Assembly (NCBI GenBank): GCA_035505475.1
Contig: DATJQT010000175.1
Location: 1-53,333, forward strand
Reading direction: 5' to 3'
DNA: 53,333 bases
Source: Vulcanimicrobiaceae bacterium
Lineage (GTDB): Bacteria; Methylomirabilota; Methylomirabilia; Methylomirabilales; 2-02-FULL-66-22
Positions 1 to 10,929 of this stretch are shown piece after piece. The notes under the pieces were generated by a model. The model had not been told where the DNA came from. It worked only from the letters and a program-made list of their open reading frames with translations, and ran no database searches. Position 1 is the first letter of the stretch; each line of letters starts with the position of its first letter. The translations under genes and the position numbers were made by a program.

Positions 1-810
1 CCCCTCGACCAGCGCCCGCGAAAAGCTCGCCACGACGCCGTGATTCCTCCGCAGGCGGTCGTTGGCCTCTTTCTGCGAGTACCCGCCCGACAGCGCGACC
101 ACCCTCAGGACCTTGGGATGACTGACGCAGTCGGCGTAGAGGTTGTCTTGCTCCGGCAGGGTGAGCTTGAGCATGACCAACTGCCCCGCTGGTAGCTGGT
201 TGAGCTTCTCGAGAATGGCCGTCTTGAGCAAATCCTCGGCCTTGGCTTTGTCCGGGCAATGAATATCCACTTCCGGCTCGACGATCGGCACGAGGCCCGC
301 GGCGATGATCTGTTGCGCGACATCGAACTGCTGGTTCACGATCGCCTGGATGCCCGCGGCGTTGGCGTGGTTGATGACCGAGCGCATCTTGGTGCCGAAG
401 ATGCGCTTCGCTTTGGCCTTGGCGAGTAGCGCCGCCAGCTCGGGCATCGGCTTCATCAAGCGGACGCCCTCCTGCTCCGCGGCCAGGCCCTGGTCCACTT
501 TCAGGAACGGCACCACGCGTTTCACCTTCCACAGGTAGTCCGCGCTCGGCTGCCCCGCGATGTCTCTGTCCATGGTGTTCTCGAACAGGATGGCCCCCAG
601 AATCCGCTCGCCGGTGAAGCTGGGGCTGGTGATGAGGCGCGTGCGCATCTGGTGCACGAGCGCAAACATCTCATCCTCGGTGGACCAGGCATCTTCCTTG
701 ATTCCGTAAGCGAGCAGCGCCTTGGGCGTACTGCCACCGCTTTGATCCAGCGCCGCCACGAATCCGGGATGTGCTTTCATCTTCTGCAGTTGTTGCGGAT
801 AGTCGCTCAT
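1..810 (-). CDS. fba: Fructose-bisphosphate aldolase, class I (C-terminus runs off the left edge)
   Basis: Not in the ORF track because no stop lies in the window. My translation from ATG 810..808 gives [37 protein letters not shown]...ILFENTMDR...[10 protein letters not shown]...IVEPEVDIH, typical of bacterial class I FBA. RBS GAGGTG lies upstream. Confidence 0.85.
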   Translation of the reverse strand, partial: MSDYPQQLQKMKAHPGFVAALDQSGGSTPKALLAYGIKEDAWSTEDEMFALVHQMRTRLITSPSFTGERILGAILFENTMDRDIAGQPSADYLWKVKRVVPFLKVDQGLAAEQEGVRLMKPMPELAALLAKAKAKRIFGTKMRSVINHANAAGIQAIVNQQFDVAQQIIAAGLVPIVEPEVDIHCPDKAKAEDLLKTAILEKLNQLPAGQLVMLKLTLPEQDNLYADCVSHPKVLRVVALSGGYSQKEANDRLRRNHGVVASFSRALVEG

Positions 811-869
811 CTTGTTCACCTCGATCCTTGGAGCTCAGGCTACGTCTATGCTGGCCCAAGGGTCCGTTG

Positions 870-2513
870 TCATGAGGCTCCCTTGAGTCTCCGGTACCGG
901 CGAATCAGGGAATTCGTCGAGCTGTCATGCCCGAGCGCCGGCTCGGCCGGGCTCTCAAGCTCCGGCACGATACGCTGGGCCAGCACCTTGCCCAGTTCGA
1001 CCCCCCACTGATCGAACGAGTTGATCTGCCAGATGGTGCCCTGCGTAAAGACCACGTGCTCATAGAGCGCCACGAGCTTTCCGAGGGTCTCCGGCGTGAG
1101 CCGCTCGGCGAGGATGGTGGACGAGGGACGATTGCCCTCGAAGACCCGGTGGGGCACGAGCCATTTCGGCGTGCCCTCGGTTTTGACTGCTTCCGCCGTC
1201 TTGCCGAACGCCAACGCCTCGGTCTGGGCGAACACGTTCGCGAGGAGTAGCTCGTGGTGCCGGCCCAGCGGATTCAGGGCCTGGGCGAAGGCGATGAAGT
1301 CGCACGGGACGACCCGGGTTCCCTGGTGAATCAACTGATAGAACGAGTGCTGGCCGTTGGTCCCGGGCTCTCCCCAGTAGATCGGGCCGGTCTCGTACGT
1401 GACGGGCTTCCCGCCGAGCATGACGTGCTTGCCGTTGCTCTCCATGGTGAGCTGCTGGAGGTAGGCCGGGAAGCGCTTCAGGTACTGCTCGTAGGGCAGC
1501 ACGGCCACCGTCTCCGCGCCGAAGAAATCGGCGTACCAGATCCCTAAGAGCCCCATCAAGACCGGCAGGTTCCGCTCGAAGGGTGCGGTGCGGAAGTGTT
1601 CGTCCATCTGGTGGAAGCCGTCGAGCATCTGGCGGAAGTGCTCCGGGCCGATGGCCAGCATGGTCGAGAGCCCGATGGCCGAGTCCATCGAGTATCGCCC
1701 GCCGACCCAGTCCCAGAACCCGAACATGTTGGCAGGATCAATCCCGAACTTCGCCACCTCTGCCCCGTTCGTCGAGACCGCGACAAAGTGCTTGGCCACT
1801 GCCGTGTCTTCCCCTCCCAGTCCCGCCAGGGACCAGGCGCGCGCCGTGTGGGCGTTGGTCATGGTTTCAAGCGTAGTGAAGGTCTTCGAGGCGACGATGA
1901 ACAGCGTCTCCGCCGGGTCTAGGTCGCGTACCGCTTCCGCGAAATCCGTCCCATCCACGTTGGAGACGAATCGGAGCGTCCGGGCGCGGTCGCTGTAGAA
2001 TTTGAGCGCCTCGTAGGCCATGACCGGGCCCAGGTCGGATCCGCCGATACCGATATTGACCACATGCTTGATCGGCTTCCCGGTGTGGCCGGTCCAGGCC
2101 GCGCTCCGCACGCGGTGGGCAAAGTCGGCCATCTTGTCGAGCACCGCGTGGACCTGCGGGACCACGTCCTCCCCGTCCACCACGATGGATGCTCCTCGCG
2201 GGGCGCGCAAAGCCACGTGCAACACCGCGCGCTGCTCGGTCCCATTGATTTTCTCCCCCCGGAACATGGCCTCGATCCGTGCCCGCAGGCCGGATTCCTC
2301 GGCTAACCGGAGGAGCAGGGTAAGTGTCTCGTCGGTGACCCGATGCTTCGAGTAGTCCAGGAAAAGCCCCAGGGCCTCGACGGTGAGACGCTCGCCGCGC
2401 CCGGGGTCCTGGGCAAACAGCTCGCGCAGATGCCGTTCCCGCATCTGCTTGTAATGCGCGGCCAGCGCCTTCCAGGCGGGGCGTTTGGTGAGGCGCATGA
2501 GTTCAGCTGGCAT
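870..2513 (-). CDS. pgi: Glucose-6-phosphate isomerase
   Basis: ORF 870..2543. PGI-like throughout ([41 protein letters not shown]). Start placed at M11 (2513) to limit overlap with the upstream kinase; 2543 is also possible. Confidence 0.93.
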   Translation of the reverse strand: MPAELMRLTKRPAWKALAAHYKQMRERHLRELFAQDPGRGERLTVEALGLFLDYSKHRVTDETLTLLLRLAEESGLRARIEAMFRGEKINGTEQRAVLHVALRAPRGASIVVDGEDVVPQVHAVLDKMADFAHRVRSAAWTGHTGKPIKHVVNIGIGGSDLGPVMAYEALKFYSDRARTLRFVSNVDGTDFAEAVRDLDPAETLFIVASKTFTTLETMTNAHTARAWSLAGLGGEDTAVAKHFVAVSTNGAEVAKFGIDPANMFGFWDWVGGRYSMDSAIGLSTMLAIGPEHFRQMLDGFHQMDEHFRTAPFERNLPVLMGLLGIWYADFFGAETVAVLPYEQYLKRFPAYLQQLTMESNGKHVMLGGKPVTYETGPIYWGEPGTNGQHSFYQLIHQGTRVVPCDFIAFAQALNPLGRHHELLLANVFAQTEALAFGKTAEAVKTEGTPKWLVPHRVFEGNRPSSTILAERLTPETLGKLVALYEHVVFTQGTIWQINSFDQWGVELGKVLAQRIVPELESPAEPALGHDSSTNSLIRRYRRLKGAS

Positions 2514-3237
2514 GGTCGCGATCCTTTCCGCGTGCGCGCTCATCCGAGGCGTGTCTCGGCCGGACCGGACCGGCGGGGTTGCGATCTCTCGCTGCCTCCC
2601 ACAAGCGGAAGCCTCCCAGAAACGCGTTGTCGTTGTTGCCGAATCGGCAACCAGGAGGGAGCTCTTTCAGTCTGTGCACGTTTCCTCCCCCCAAGACCAC
2701 ATCCTCGGGTTCCAGGGCGGCAATCAGGCGGGCGATTACGTCCGCGACATGCTGCCGCCACCGCTTGTCGCCCAGCCGCTTTAATCCCCGGATTCCGACG
2801 TAATCTTCGAAGGTGTGGGCCTTGTAAGGAAGATGGCCCAGCTCCATGGGCTCAACAATGCCGTCCACGATCATGGCGGAACCGAGCCCGGTGCCCAGTC
2901 CCAAGAAAAGCATCTTCCCGCCCCTATAGCTTCCCAGGGCTTGCATGGCGGCATCGTTCACGACCTTGACGGGACGCTGGAACGCAGCTTCATAGTTGTA
3001 TCCCACCCATCCCGCTCCGAGGTTCCACGGATCTGCCAGCGGTCGGTTCTTGATGACCAATCCGGGATAGCCGATCGATACCACGTCATACTTCCAGTGC
3101 CTGGCAAGCTCCTTGACGCCGGCGACCATCTGCCTGGCCGTCAATGTGGGCCCGGAGGGACATTTCCGAGGCGCGGTTTGTCCCGTCGCCAGGACCTTCA
3201 CGTGGGTCCCGCCCACGTCGACAACCAGTACGTTCAT
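2503..3237 (-). CDS. ROK-family sugar kinase (glucokinase / polyphosphate-glucokinase-like)
   Basis: [16 protein letters not shown]-terminal ATPase motif, [11 protein letters not shown] and [14 protein letters not shown]. Lacks the Cys-rich Zn motif of classical ROK Glk. Position between tal and pgi supports the call. Confidence 0.75.
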   Translation of the reverse strand: MNVLVVDVGGTHVKVLATGQTAPRKCPSGPTLTARQMVAGVKELARHWKYDVVSIGYPGLVIKNRPLADPWNLGAGWVGYNYEAAFQRPVKVVNDAAMQALGSYRGGKMLFLGLGTGLGSAMIVDGIVEPMELGHLPYKAHTFEDYVGIRGLKRLGDKRWRQHVADVIARLIAALEPEDVVLGGGNVHRLKELPPGCRFGNNDNAFLGGFRLWEAARDRNPAGPVRPRHASDERARGKDRDHAS

Positions 3238-3255
3238 GGTGCCATCTTCCCGGCC

Positions 3256-4344
3256 CTACGCGGCCCTCGCAAGCCTGGCGCTCTTGGCAGTGATGACGCC
3301 CATTAGCTCGTTCCAGGAATTGACGAAGGACTTGGCCCCCTCGTCCTGGAGCTTGGCGGCCAGGGCATCGAGATCGATTGTGGCGTTGGCGAACTCCGTC
3401 AACACCGTCTCACAATCGCCGCCATCGGCGGACATGATCTCGCTCAGGTCGCCGTGGTCCGCGAGCGCATTCAGCGTCCCCTCGGGCATGGTGTTGACGG
3501 TGAAAGGCGCCGCCAGTGCTTTGACATACAGGACATCGGAGGCTTTGGGGTCCTTGGTCCCGGTGCTGGCCCACAGCAGACGTTGAGGACGCGCGCCGGC
3601 GTTGTAGATGCGTTGCCACCGGGGAGAGACGAGCAGGTTGCGGGCCGCCTTGTACGTGCGTTGTGCCATGGCGATGCCGAGCGTGTTATTCAGCGCGGCG
3701 GGCACCTTGCCCGCGACCGCAGCATCCCACCGACTGATGAACACCGAAGCCACGGAGCCCACCTCGGGCGAGAGCCCGGCAGCCACGCGGCGCTCGATGC
3801 CGCCCAGAAACGCGTCGGCTGCCGCCAGGTAATGCTCGCGGGAAAACAGGAGCGTGACATTGATCGGAATGCCGGCAAAGATCGCCTCCTCGATCGCAGG
3901 CAGGCCCTCCTTGGTGCCTGGAATCTTGATGAACACGTTGGGACGGCCCGCCCGGGCGTGCAGGTCCTTCGCTGCAGCGAGGGTGCTGGCCGCGTCGTGA
4001 GCCAGCAAGGGAGACACCTCCAACGATACCCACCCGTCAACGCCGTTGGTCCGCTCGTAGATGGGCCGAAACAGATCGGCGGCCCCTGTGAGATCCTCGA
4101 GAGCTAGCTCAAAGAACAACTCCTCCCCCGACTTCCCTTCCGTGAGCTTCTTGCGGATCGCGGCATCGTAGGCGGTGCTGTTCTTGATGGCGTGATCGAA
4201 GATCGTTGGATTGGACGTGAGCCCCGTCACCGACAACTCATCGATGTAGCGTTTAAGCGTCCCGCTGTTCAGTAGGTCGCGCGTAATGTTGTCGAGCCAG
4301 AGGCTTTGACCAAGATTGTGAAGCAGCTGTGTCGCTTTCATCAT
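3256..4344 (-). CDS. tal: Transaldolase (long form)
   Basis: MMKATQLLHNLGQSLWLDNITRDLL...GLTSNPTIF...FIKIPGT. Start at the ATG ATG pair 4344/4341, preceded by GAGGTG. Confidence 0.9.
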   Translation of the reverse strand: MMKATQLLHNLGQSLWLDNITRDLLNSGTLKRYIDELSVTGLTSNPTIFDHAIKNSTAYDAAIRKKLTEGKSGEELFFELALEDLTGAADLFRPIYERTNGVDGWVSLEVSPLLAHDAASTLAAAKDLHARAGRPNVFIKIPGTKEGLPAIEEAIFAGIPINVTLLFSREHYLAAADAFLGGIERRVAAGLSPEVGSVASVFISRWDAAVAGKVPAALNNTLGIAMAQRTYKAARNLLVSPRWQRIYNAGARPQRLLWASTGTKDPKASDVLYVKALAAPFTVNTMPEGTLNALADHGDLSEIMSADGGDCETVLTEFANATIDLDALAAKLQDEGAKSFVNSWNELMGVITAKSARLARAA

Positions 4345-4448
4345 GTCACCTCGGTTTTCCCGCCCGCCGCTGACCATTCATGAATGACATCGCCTAGGGA
4401 TCGTGGCCGCAGAATGTGTAATCCCCTTCGCCCACGAGGACCATTGCC

Positions 4449-6038
4449 TCAGGTTCGATAAAGCACCTCCCGGTTCTGACCCACGCGTGGACTAAGAAGG
4501 GGCCTCGGCCGATTCGAGTTCTTCGTCAGATCGCGCAGCCAGTCGAACGACCCTTGCCACAGCGGGCCTTCCGTACAGCGCCAGCGCCAGTTCCCGTCCG
4601 CCTGACCTGGAACGTTCATCCGGGCCTCTTTTCCCAGATTCAGGACATCCTGCAGCGGAGCCATGGAGACCGAGGCCACAGACGACCAAGCCAAACCCAT
4701 CAACGCTCTCGCAGCCTCGCGGCTCTCTCCGCCGACCCGCTTCAGGTATTGCCAGAGCACCTGTCGTTGGGAATCCGGCAATTCCTCATACCACCCGCGC
4801 GTCGTGGGATTGTCATGGGTGCCGGTATAAACCACTGCATTGCTGATGTAGTTGTCAGGAAGGTACGGGTTATCCGCATGCCCGTCGAATGCGAACTGGA
4901 GGACCCGCATTCCCGGCAGGTGAAACTGGTCGCGGAGCGCATACACATCCGGCGTGATGAGTCCCAAATCCTCGGCGATGAACGGGAGAGCGCCGATGTG
5001 TCTTTGCACGGCGTCAAAGAAGTCGGCACCCGGCCCGGGGACCCACGTTCCGGACTGCGCGGTCGGTGCACCGGTCGGCACGTGCCAGGCTGCCGCGAAG
5101 GCCCGGAAATGATCCAAACGGATCACATCAACGTGGGCCAGCAGCGATCGCAATCGGGCGACGCACCAGTCATACCCGGACTCGCGCAGCGCATCCCAGT
5201 TGTAGATAGGATTGCCCCACAGCTGGCCCTGCGCGCTGAAATAATCGGGCGGGACGCCGGCGACGACCCGAGGTCGGCACTGCTCGTCCAGCAGAAAGAG
5301 TTCCGGATGCGCCCAGACGTCACTCGAGTCGGGAGCCACGAAGAACGGCAGGTCTCCGATCAGGCCCACGCCCTTGCTGTGGGCATACACCTTGAGCCGC
5401 TCACCCTGGCGGAACAACAGGAACTGCGCGAAGCACACCTGGGCGATTTGGTTTGCCAGTTCGCGTCGGGCCCGGTCAAGCGCCCCCGGCTCGCGCAGGA
5501 CCAATGCTGCCGGCCAGTCGAGATAATACGCATCATTGAACCGGACCTTGAGCGCGCGGAAAAGCGCGTAATCCTCCAACCAGTACGCTTGATCATTGCG
5601 GAACTGCTCATAGGCGGACTGTAAATCAGCCCGCCTCCCAGCGGTGAAGTTGATCCAGGCGGTCTTGAGTAACTGGTGCTTGAACGGGATGACCGTGCTG
5701 TAATCAACGACATCGTGCGGGAACGATCGCCCCTGGCAGTCATCTGCCTTGACGAGTTCATCTTCGATCAGCCAGTCTGGACTAATGAGCAGCCCGTTCC
5801 CCGCAAAAGAAGACAAGGACTGATACGGCGAATTGCCGTATCCGGTTGGGCCGAGCGGCAGCGCCTGCCACCAGCTTTGCTCTGCGGGCTCCAGCCGATC
5901 GATCCAGGACACCGCCGCGGGTCCGACATCACCGATCCCGTACGGCGAAGGCAGGGAGGTGACGTGCAGCAGCACGCCCGAGGCGCGGTAGCCTGGCGCG
6001 AAGGGCGGAACGCTTACCGAGCAGCTGCCCATGCTCAT
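4449..6038 (-). CDS. malQ: 4-alpha-glucanotransferase (amylomaltase)
   Basis: GVLLHVTSLPSPYGIGDVG, SPYQSLSSFAGN and YTGTHDN motifs. The 149-aa Arg/Gly-rich N-terminal extension in the track is discarded. ATG 6038 overlaps the pgm stop (ATGA at 6035-6038). Confidence 0.9.
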   Translation of the reverse strand: MSMGSCSVSVPPFAPGYRASGVLLHVTSLPSPYGIGDVGPAAVSWIDRLEPAEQSWWQALPLGPTGYGNSPYQSLSSFAGNGLLISPDWLIEDELVKADDCQGRSFPHDVVDYSTVIPFKHQLLKTAWINFTAGRRADLQSAYEQFRNDQAYWLEDYALFRALKVRFNDAYYLDWPAALVLREPGALDRARRELANQIAQVCFAQFLLFRQGERLKVYAHSKGVGLIGDLPFFVAPDSSDVWAHPELFLLDEQCRPRVVAGVPPDYFSAQGQLWGNPIYNWDALRESGYDWCVARLRSLLAHVDVIRLDHFRAFAAAWHVPTGAPTAQSGTWVPGPGADFFDAVQRHIGALPFIAEDLGLITPDVYALRDQFHLPGMRVLQFAFDGHADNPYLPDNYISNAVVYTGTHDNPTTRGWYEELPDSQRQVLWQYLKRVGGESREAARALMGLAWSSVASVSMAPLQDVLNLGKEARMNVPGQADGNWRWRCTEGPLWQGSFDWLRDLTKNSNRPRPLLSPRVGQNREVLYRT

Positions 6039-7732
6039 TGGCGCCCGCCGCGTGGACGCGATGTCTTCAAGGCGCCGTCCACAATGTCCTGAGCCGCACT
6101 CACAATAGCGTTCAGGTGCGTCGGATCCCGGAAACTTTCCGCGTAGATCTTGTACAGGTTCTCCGTGCCCGAGGGCCGGGCCGCAAACCAGCCCGTCTCG
6201 GCCACGACCTTCAACCCGCCGATGGGGGCGTTGTTGCCGCTGGCGCTGGTCAGCTTGGCGATGATCGGCTCGCCAGCCAGGGTCGACTCTCGGACCGCAT
6301 CCGGCGCCAAATCCCGCAGTCTCGCTTTCTGCTCGGGTGTGGCCGGTGCGTCGATGCGAGTGTAATACGGCACGCCGAACTCGGCCGTCAGTTCTCGATA
6401 GTGCTCTGAAGGATCCTTGCCGGTGCGGGCGGTGATTTCTGCCGCGAGGAGGTCCATGATCGGACCATCCTTGTCGGTGGTCCACACGGTACCGTCATGC
6501 CGCAGGAAGGTTGCCCCGGCACTCTCTTCGCCCCCGAAACAATACGAGCCGTTGCAGAGCCCCGGAACGAACCACTTGAAGCCCACGGGCACCTCGGCCA
6601 GCCGGCGGCCCATCCGGTGCACTACCTTGTCGATCAGGCTGCTGCTCACGAGCGTCTTGCCGATGACGGCCTGCATTGGCCACTGGGGACGGTGCGCGAG
6701 GAGATAGTGGATCGCCACCGCGAGGTAGTGATTGGGGTTCATCAATCCCATGGACGGCGTGACGATCCCGTGGCGGTCGGAGTCCGGATCGTTGGCAAAC
6801 GCCAGGCGGTATCTGTCTTTGAGACCGATCAGCCGAGCCATCGCGTACGGGCTGGAACAGTCCATGCGAATTGCGCCGTCGTGGTCGACGGTCATGAACG
6901 CGAAGGTTGGATCGATCGTCGGGTTGACGACGACGATGTCCAGGTGGTACGTGGCGTTGATCGGCTCCCAGTATGGAAGAGCAGCTCCCCCAAGGGGGTC
7001 GACGGCGAGTCGGAGGCCGGCATCCCGAATGGCATCCATGTCGACGACGTTCCGGAGGTCGTGGACGTACGGGAGGACGAAGTCTTCCTGGTGAGTGCTC
7101 CCCGCTTTGATGGCTGTGGCAAACGGCACACGCTTCACGTCGGCATTATGTCCTCGGAGCAGTTCGTTGGCGCGCTCCTCCACCCACCGTGTCACCTCCG
7201 TATCGGCCGGGCCACCGTTCGGCGGGTTGTATTTGACCCCACCATCCTCGGGCGGGTTGTGCGACGGCGTGATCACGATTCCGTCTGCACGGTGCTGTGT
7301 GCGGTCGCGGTTATAGACGAGGATGGCCCGCGAGATGACCGGTGTCGGCGTCACGCCATTGTCCTGTTGCAGGATCGTCTCGACGTTGTTGGCTGCCAGA
7401 ACCTCCAGCGCGGTCCGCTGGGCCAGATCGGAGACGGCGTGCGTATCCTTGCCCAGGTACAGCGGGCCGTCGGTTCCGGCGCCGCGTCGGTAGTCGCAGA
7501 TTGCCTGGGTAATGGCCAGGAGGTGCGCTTCCGTGAAGGTGCCCCGGAGCGGCGAGCCCCGGTGTCCGCTGGTTCCGAAGCTGACCAGCTGATTGGCATC
7601 GCTCAGGTCCGGACCATGGGCGAAGTACTCACGTTCGAGCTGGGCGACGTCGACCAACATCTCCCTCGTCGCCGGGTGACCCGCGCGTGGTGAGACGCTT
7701 TGGACGGGGTGGGCGACTACACCACTGGGCAT
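6035..7732 (-). CDS. pgm: Phosphoglucomutase (alpha-D-glucose-phosphate specific)
   Basis: FGTSGHRGS active-site loop, GIVITPSHNP, DPDSDRHG and GGEESAG. Start at M107 of the track ORF, 12 nt after the glgP stop. Confidence 0.9.
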   Translation of the reverse strand: MPSGVVAHPVQSVSPRAGHPATREMLVDVAQLEREYFAHGPDLSDANQLVSFGTSGHRGSPLRGTFTEAHLLAITQAICDYRRGAGTDGPLYLGKDTHAVSDLAQRTALEVLAANNVETILQQDNGVTPTPVISRAILVYNRDRTQHRADGIVITPSHNPPEDGGVKYNPPNGGPADTEVTRWVEERANELLRGHNADVKRVPFATAIKAGSTHQEDFVLPYVHDLRNVVDMDAIRDAGLRLAVDPLGGAALPYWEPINATYHLDIVVVNPTIDPTFAFMTVDHDGAIRMDCSSPYAMARLIGLKDRYRLAFANDPDSDRHGIVTPSMGLMNPNHYLAVAIHYLLAHRPQWPMQAVIGKTLVSSSLIDKVVHRMGRRLAEVPVGFKWFVPGLCNGSYCFGGEESAGATFLRHDGTVWTTDKDGPIMDLLAAEITARTGKDPSEHYRELTAEFGVPYYTRIDAPATPEQKARLRDLAPDAVRESTLAGEPIIAKLTSASGNNAPIGGLKVVAETGWFAARPSGTENLYKIYAESFRDPTHLNAIVSAAQDIVDGALKTSRPRGGRQ

Positions 7733-10230
7733 GGCTGCACCCCCCAAATCTGGCTGGCGTATTCGGCGATTGTCCGATCGCTGGAGAACTTCCCGGAACC
7801 CGCCACGTTCAGGAGCGCCGTGCGTGCCCAGGCGTCGGCGTTGGCGTAGAGCTGAAGCAGTCGCTGATCGGCATCCAGATACGACCTCAGGTCCGCCAGG
7901 TGCATGTAGTGGTCCCCGTGGGTCACGAGCGTGTCGTATAACGGAACGAACACCCCCGGCTCCTTGCGGCTGAAATGATCGCCCTGGATCAGGTCCAACG
8001 CCGCGCGGGTCTCTGGCTCGTGTTCGTAGTGCCAGTGCGGGTTGTACCACCCGCGGCTGCCGGCCACCTGGTCTGCGGTCAGGCCAAAGAGAAAGAAATT
8101 CTCCTCGCCCGCCTCCTCCGCCATTTCGATCGTCGCGCCATCGCGGGTGCCGATGGTCAAGGCGCCGTTCATCATGAACTTCATGTTGCTGGTGCCGCTG
8201 GCCTCGTAGCCGGCGGTCGAGATCTGGTTCGAGACGTCACTGGCCGGGATCAGCCGCTCCGCGAGGGACACGTCGTATTCGGGCAGGAACAGCACCTTGA
8301 GCCGACCGCGCATGGCCGGGTCGGCCTCGATGGTGTCGGCCAGGTTCTCGATGAACTTGATGATCAGCTTGGCGAGCTGGTAGGCCGGCGCTGCCTTGCC
8401 GGCGAAGAAGAACGTCCGCGGCGCCATATCGAGTGTCGGATCCCGCCGCAGCCGGTCGTACAGCACCACGATGCGCAGCGCATTGAGCAGTTGCCGCTTG
8501 TATTCATGGATGCGCTTGATCTGGCAATCAAAGATCGTGTCCGGATCGACCGTCTGGCCGGATGCCGATTTCAGCCAGGCGGCAAACTCCAATTTGGCCC
8601 GGCGCTTGGCTTGATGGAAGCCCGCGCGCACGCTGGCGTCATCGGCAAGCGGTTTCAGGTTTTTAAGTTCCCCGAGGTCCGTGATCCATGCCTCGCCGAT
8701 GGCCTCCGTGATCAGGTGGGCGAGCGCCGGATTCGCGAGCAGCAGCCAGCGGCGCGGGGTGACACCATTGGTCTTGTTGCTGAACCGTTCCGGAAATAGC
8801 TCGGCCAGATCCTTGACGGTGGTCGTGCGCAGGAGCTCCGAGTGAATCGCGGCAACCCCGTTGGTACTGTGAGAGCCGACGATGGCAAGGTTAGCCATGC
8901 GCACGTGCTTGACCGGGCCCTCCTCAATCAGGCTCACCCGCTGCACGCGTCCGTTATCGCCGGGGAACCGGGTGCGAACCGAGTCCAGCAGTCGTCGGTT
9001 GATCTCGTAGATGATCTCCAGGTGACGCGGCAAGAGCGCCTCGAACCACGCGAGCGGCCATTTCTCCAGCGCCTCGGGCAGCAGCGTGTGGTTCGTATAG
9101 CCCAGCGTCCGTTGGGTGAGATCCCACGCCCGGCCCCAGCCCAGCTGAGCCTCGTCGAGCAGAATCCGCATCAACTCGGGAACCGCCAGGCTCGGGTGCG
9201 TGTCGTTGAGCTGGATGGCGACCTTCGCCGGAAGCATGTCCCAATCGGTGTTGCCGCGCCGAAAGCGTCGGATGAGATCAGCAATCGAGCAGGCCACGAG
9301 AAAGTATTCCTGCACGAAGCGGAGTCCCTGCCCGAAGCTCGTGGAGTCATCTGGGTACAGGACCCGTGTGAGCGATTCGGCCGCGAGCGTCTCCGCGACC
9401 GCGCCGACGAAATCGCCATGGCTGAATGCCCGAAATTCGAAGTAATCGGCGGCATGTGCAGCCCAGAGGCGCAGCGTGTTGATGGTCTTGCCGCCATATC
9501 CGACTACCGGCCGATCAAAGGGAGCCCCGATCAGGCTCGACGGCTTGCCAAGGATAGGGTGCAAACTCCCCCCGCGAACCTTGAAGGAGCAGTTCAGCTT
9601 AATCTCCACCGTCTCGTGCGGCCGGGCGACCTCCCAGGGATCCGGACGGCGGAGCCAGTTGTCCGGCTGTTCCTGTTGCCAGCCATCCTGGATGGCCTGG
9701 TTGAAGATGCCGTATTCGTACCGCAAGCCGTAGCCCAGGGCCGGGAGTTGCATCGTCGCCATGGAATCGAGGAAGCAGGCAGCCAAGCGCCCGAGTCCGC
9801 CATTACCCAGGCCGGCGTCGGGTTCCTGCTCGAGCAGTCCGAGCCAATCGAGGCTCTTCTCTTTGACCGCATGCTGCACAAGCGGATCGAGCAGGAGATT
9901 GCTCACGTTATTCGCGAGTGAGCGGCCAATCAGAAACTCCATCGAAAGGTAGTAGACATGCTTGGGGTTCTGGCGGACATAGGTGCTCTCGGTCATTGCC
10001 CATCGCTGCGACAGAATATCCCGTACGGACCGGGCGATCGCCTCATACCGCTCACGGGGGGCGGCGATCGCCGGATCCATGACGTTGTCGAAGACCAGGT
10101 GGCGCTCATACAACGCGTTGGCAGTCCCCGCGAAATCAATCGGGCCGCACCCGTATTGGTTCCGCAGTCGTGCAATCCGCTCGGATTCCGCTGATGGCGG
10201 AAACTCCAGCACCCTCTTTGCGTTTCTCAT
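7717..10230 (-). CDS. glgP: Glycogen/maltodextrin phosphorylase
   Basis: 837 aa. YLSMEFLIGR, and EASGTSNMKFMMNGALTIGTRDGATIEM containing the PLP lysine region. Confidence 0.95.
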   Translation of the reverse strand: MRNAKRVLEFPPSAESERIARLRNQYGCGPIDFAGTANALYERHLVFDNVMDPAIAAPRERYEAIARSVRDILSQRWAMTESTYVRQNPKHVYYLSMEFLIGRSLANNVSNLLLDPLVQHAVKEKSLDWLGLLEQEPDAGLGNGGLGRLAACFLDSMATMQLPALGYGLRYEYGIFNQAIQDGWQQEQPDNWLRRPDPWEVARPHETVEIKLNCSFKVRGGSLHPILGKPSSLIGAPFDRPVVGYGGKTINTLRLWAAHAADYFEFRAFSHGDFVGAVAETLAAESLTRVLYPDDSTSFGQGLRFVQEYFLVACSIADLIRRFRRGNTDWDMLPAKVAIQLNDTHPSLAVPELMRILLDEAQLGWGRAWDLTQRTLGYTNHTLLPEALEKWPLAWFEALLPRHLEIIYEINRRLLDSVRTRFPGDNGRVQRVSLIEEGPVKHVRMANLAIVGSHSTNGVAAIHSELLRTTTVKDLAELFPERFSNKTNGVTPRRWLLLANPALAHLITEAIGEAWITDLGELKNLKPLADDASVRAGFHQAKRRAKLEFAAWLKSASGQTVDPDTIFDCQIKRIHEYKRQLLNALRIVVLYDRLRRDPTLDMAPRTFFFAGKAAPAYQLAKLIIKFIENLADTIEADPAMRGRLKVLFLPEYDVSLAERLIPASDVSNQISTAGYEASGTSNMKFMMNGALTIGTRDGATIEMAEEAGEENFFLFGLTADQVAGSRGWYNPHWHYEHEPETRAALDLIQGDHFSRKEPGVFVPLYDTLVTHGDHYMHLADLRSYLDADQRLLQLYANADAWARTALLNVAGSGKFSSDRTIAEYASQIWGVQPCPVV

Positions 10231-10929
10231 AATGAGACGTCCTTAACTGTGGTTTCCGTCGTGTGATTTCCCTCGCGGAACTCGGCTCATCGACGCCAAG
10301 AATGACACGAGCCGAGGCTTTAGGTGCAGGCGTTCCCAAATCAGAACCGCATATTCAGCCCTTGCGCGCACTGCTCCGCTCGACTGATCACAAGGCAAGC
10401 GCAGGGCCAAATAGGCAGGGAACGCGATCGTTGCGCAAAAGGTTGAACTGGAACGTATTCGGCACATTGCGTTTCGTCGGTGAGTCCGAATGCTAACGTC
10501 GGGGTGCCAGCGGGTTCCCAGTTGCCAGCCTGCTAACACTCACCGGGCGTGGCCCTAAGTACCGAATATAGACCGCGATCGGGCAGTGGCTGGCACACTG
10601 GCAACTCACTTGCGGATCATCTCCGGGACGGTGACTGCGTTCGTAGCCCGCCCGAGTAGACCGCGCTCACAATGCTCGGCACGTCGATTGCTCGCTTGCA
10701 TGGAGGGACGAGCCTCGGCGAATGAAAAAGGAGAACTGGTTCTACTATTAGCCAGGCTTTCTTTGGCGACGTACCGACGCGTTCGGGTCGGGGGGTCCAG
10801 GCTGTCCTTCGAGACAATCGGCGTACGACAGGCGGCAAGTCAATCGAGAGCCGACCAATTACCCGAACACGAGCCGCCGATCGGTCGCCGTGTAATGTGT
10901 GATTTTATGTAATGATAGGCTAATTCCAA

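Noticed and set aside
4449-6485. Long N-terminal extensions in track ORFs: malQ 678 aa, pgm 671 aa, large subunit 714 aa, hybB 620 aa, cyt b 450 aa, hypE 484 aa, hybD 404 aa, hypA 246 aa, usp 315 aa, MFP 674 aa.
   Set aside because: The extensions overlap the upstream gene in another frame, are Arg/Pro/Gly-rich, and lack homology. Internal starts coincide with homologous N-termini, RBSs or ATGA/GTGA overlaps.
10591-10606. TGGCAC hexamer upstream of the STAS gene.
   Set aside because: No GC dinucleotide occurs at the required +12 position (TGGCACACTGGCAACT), and there is no upstream enhancer motif.
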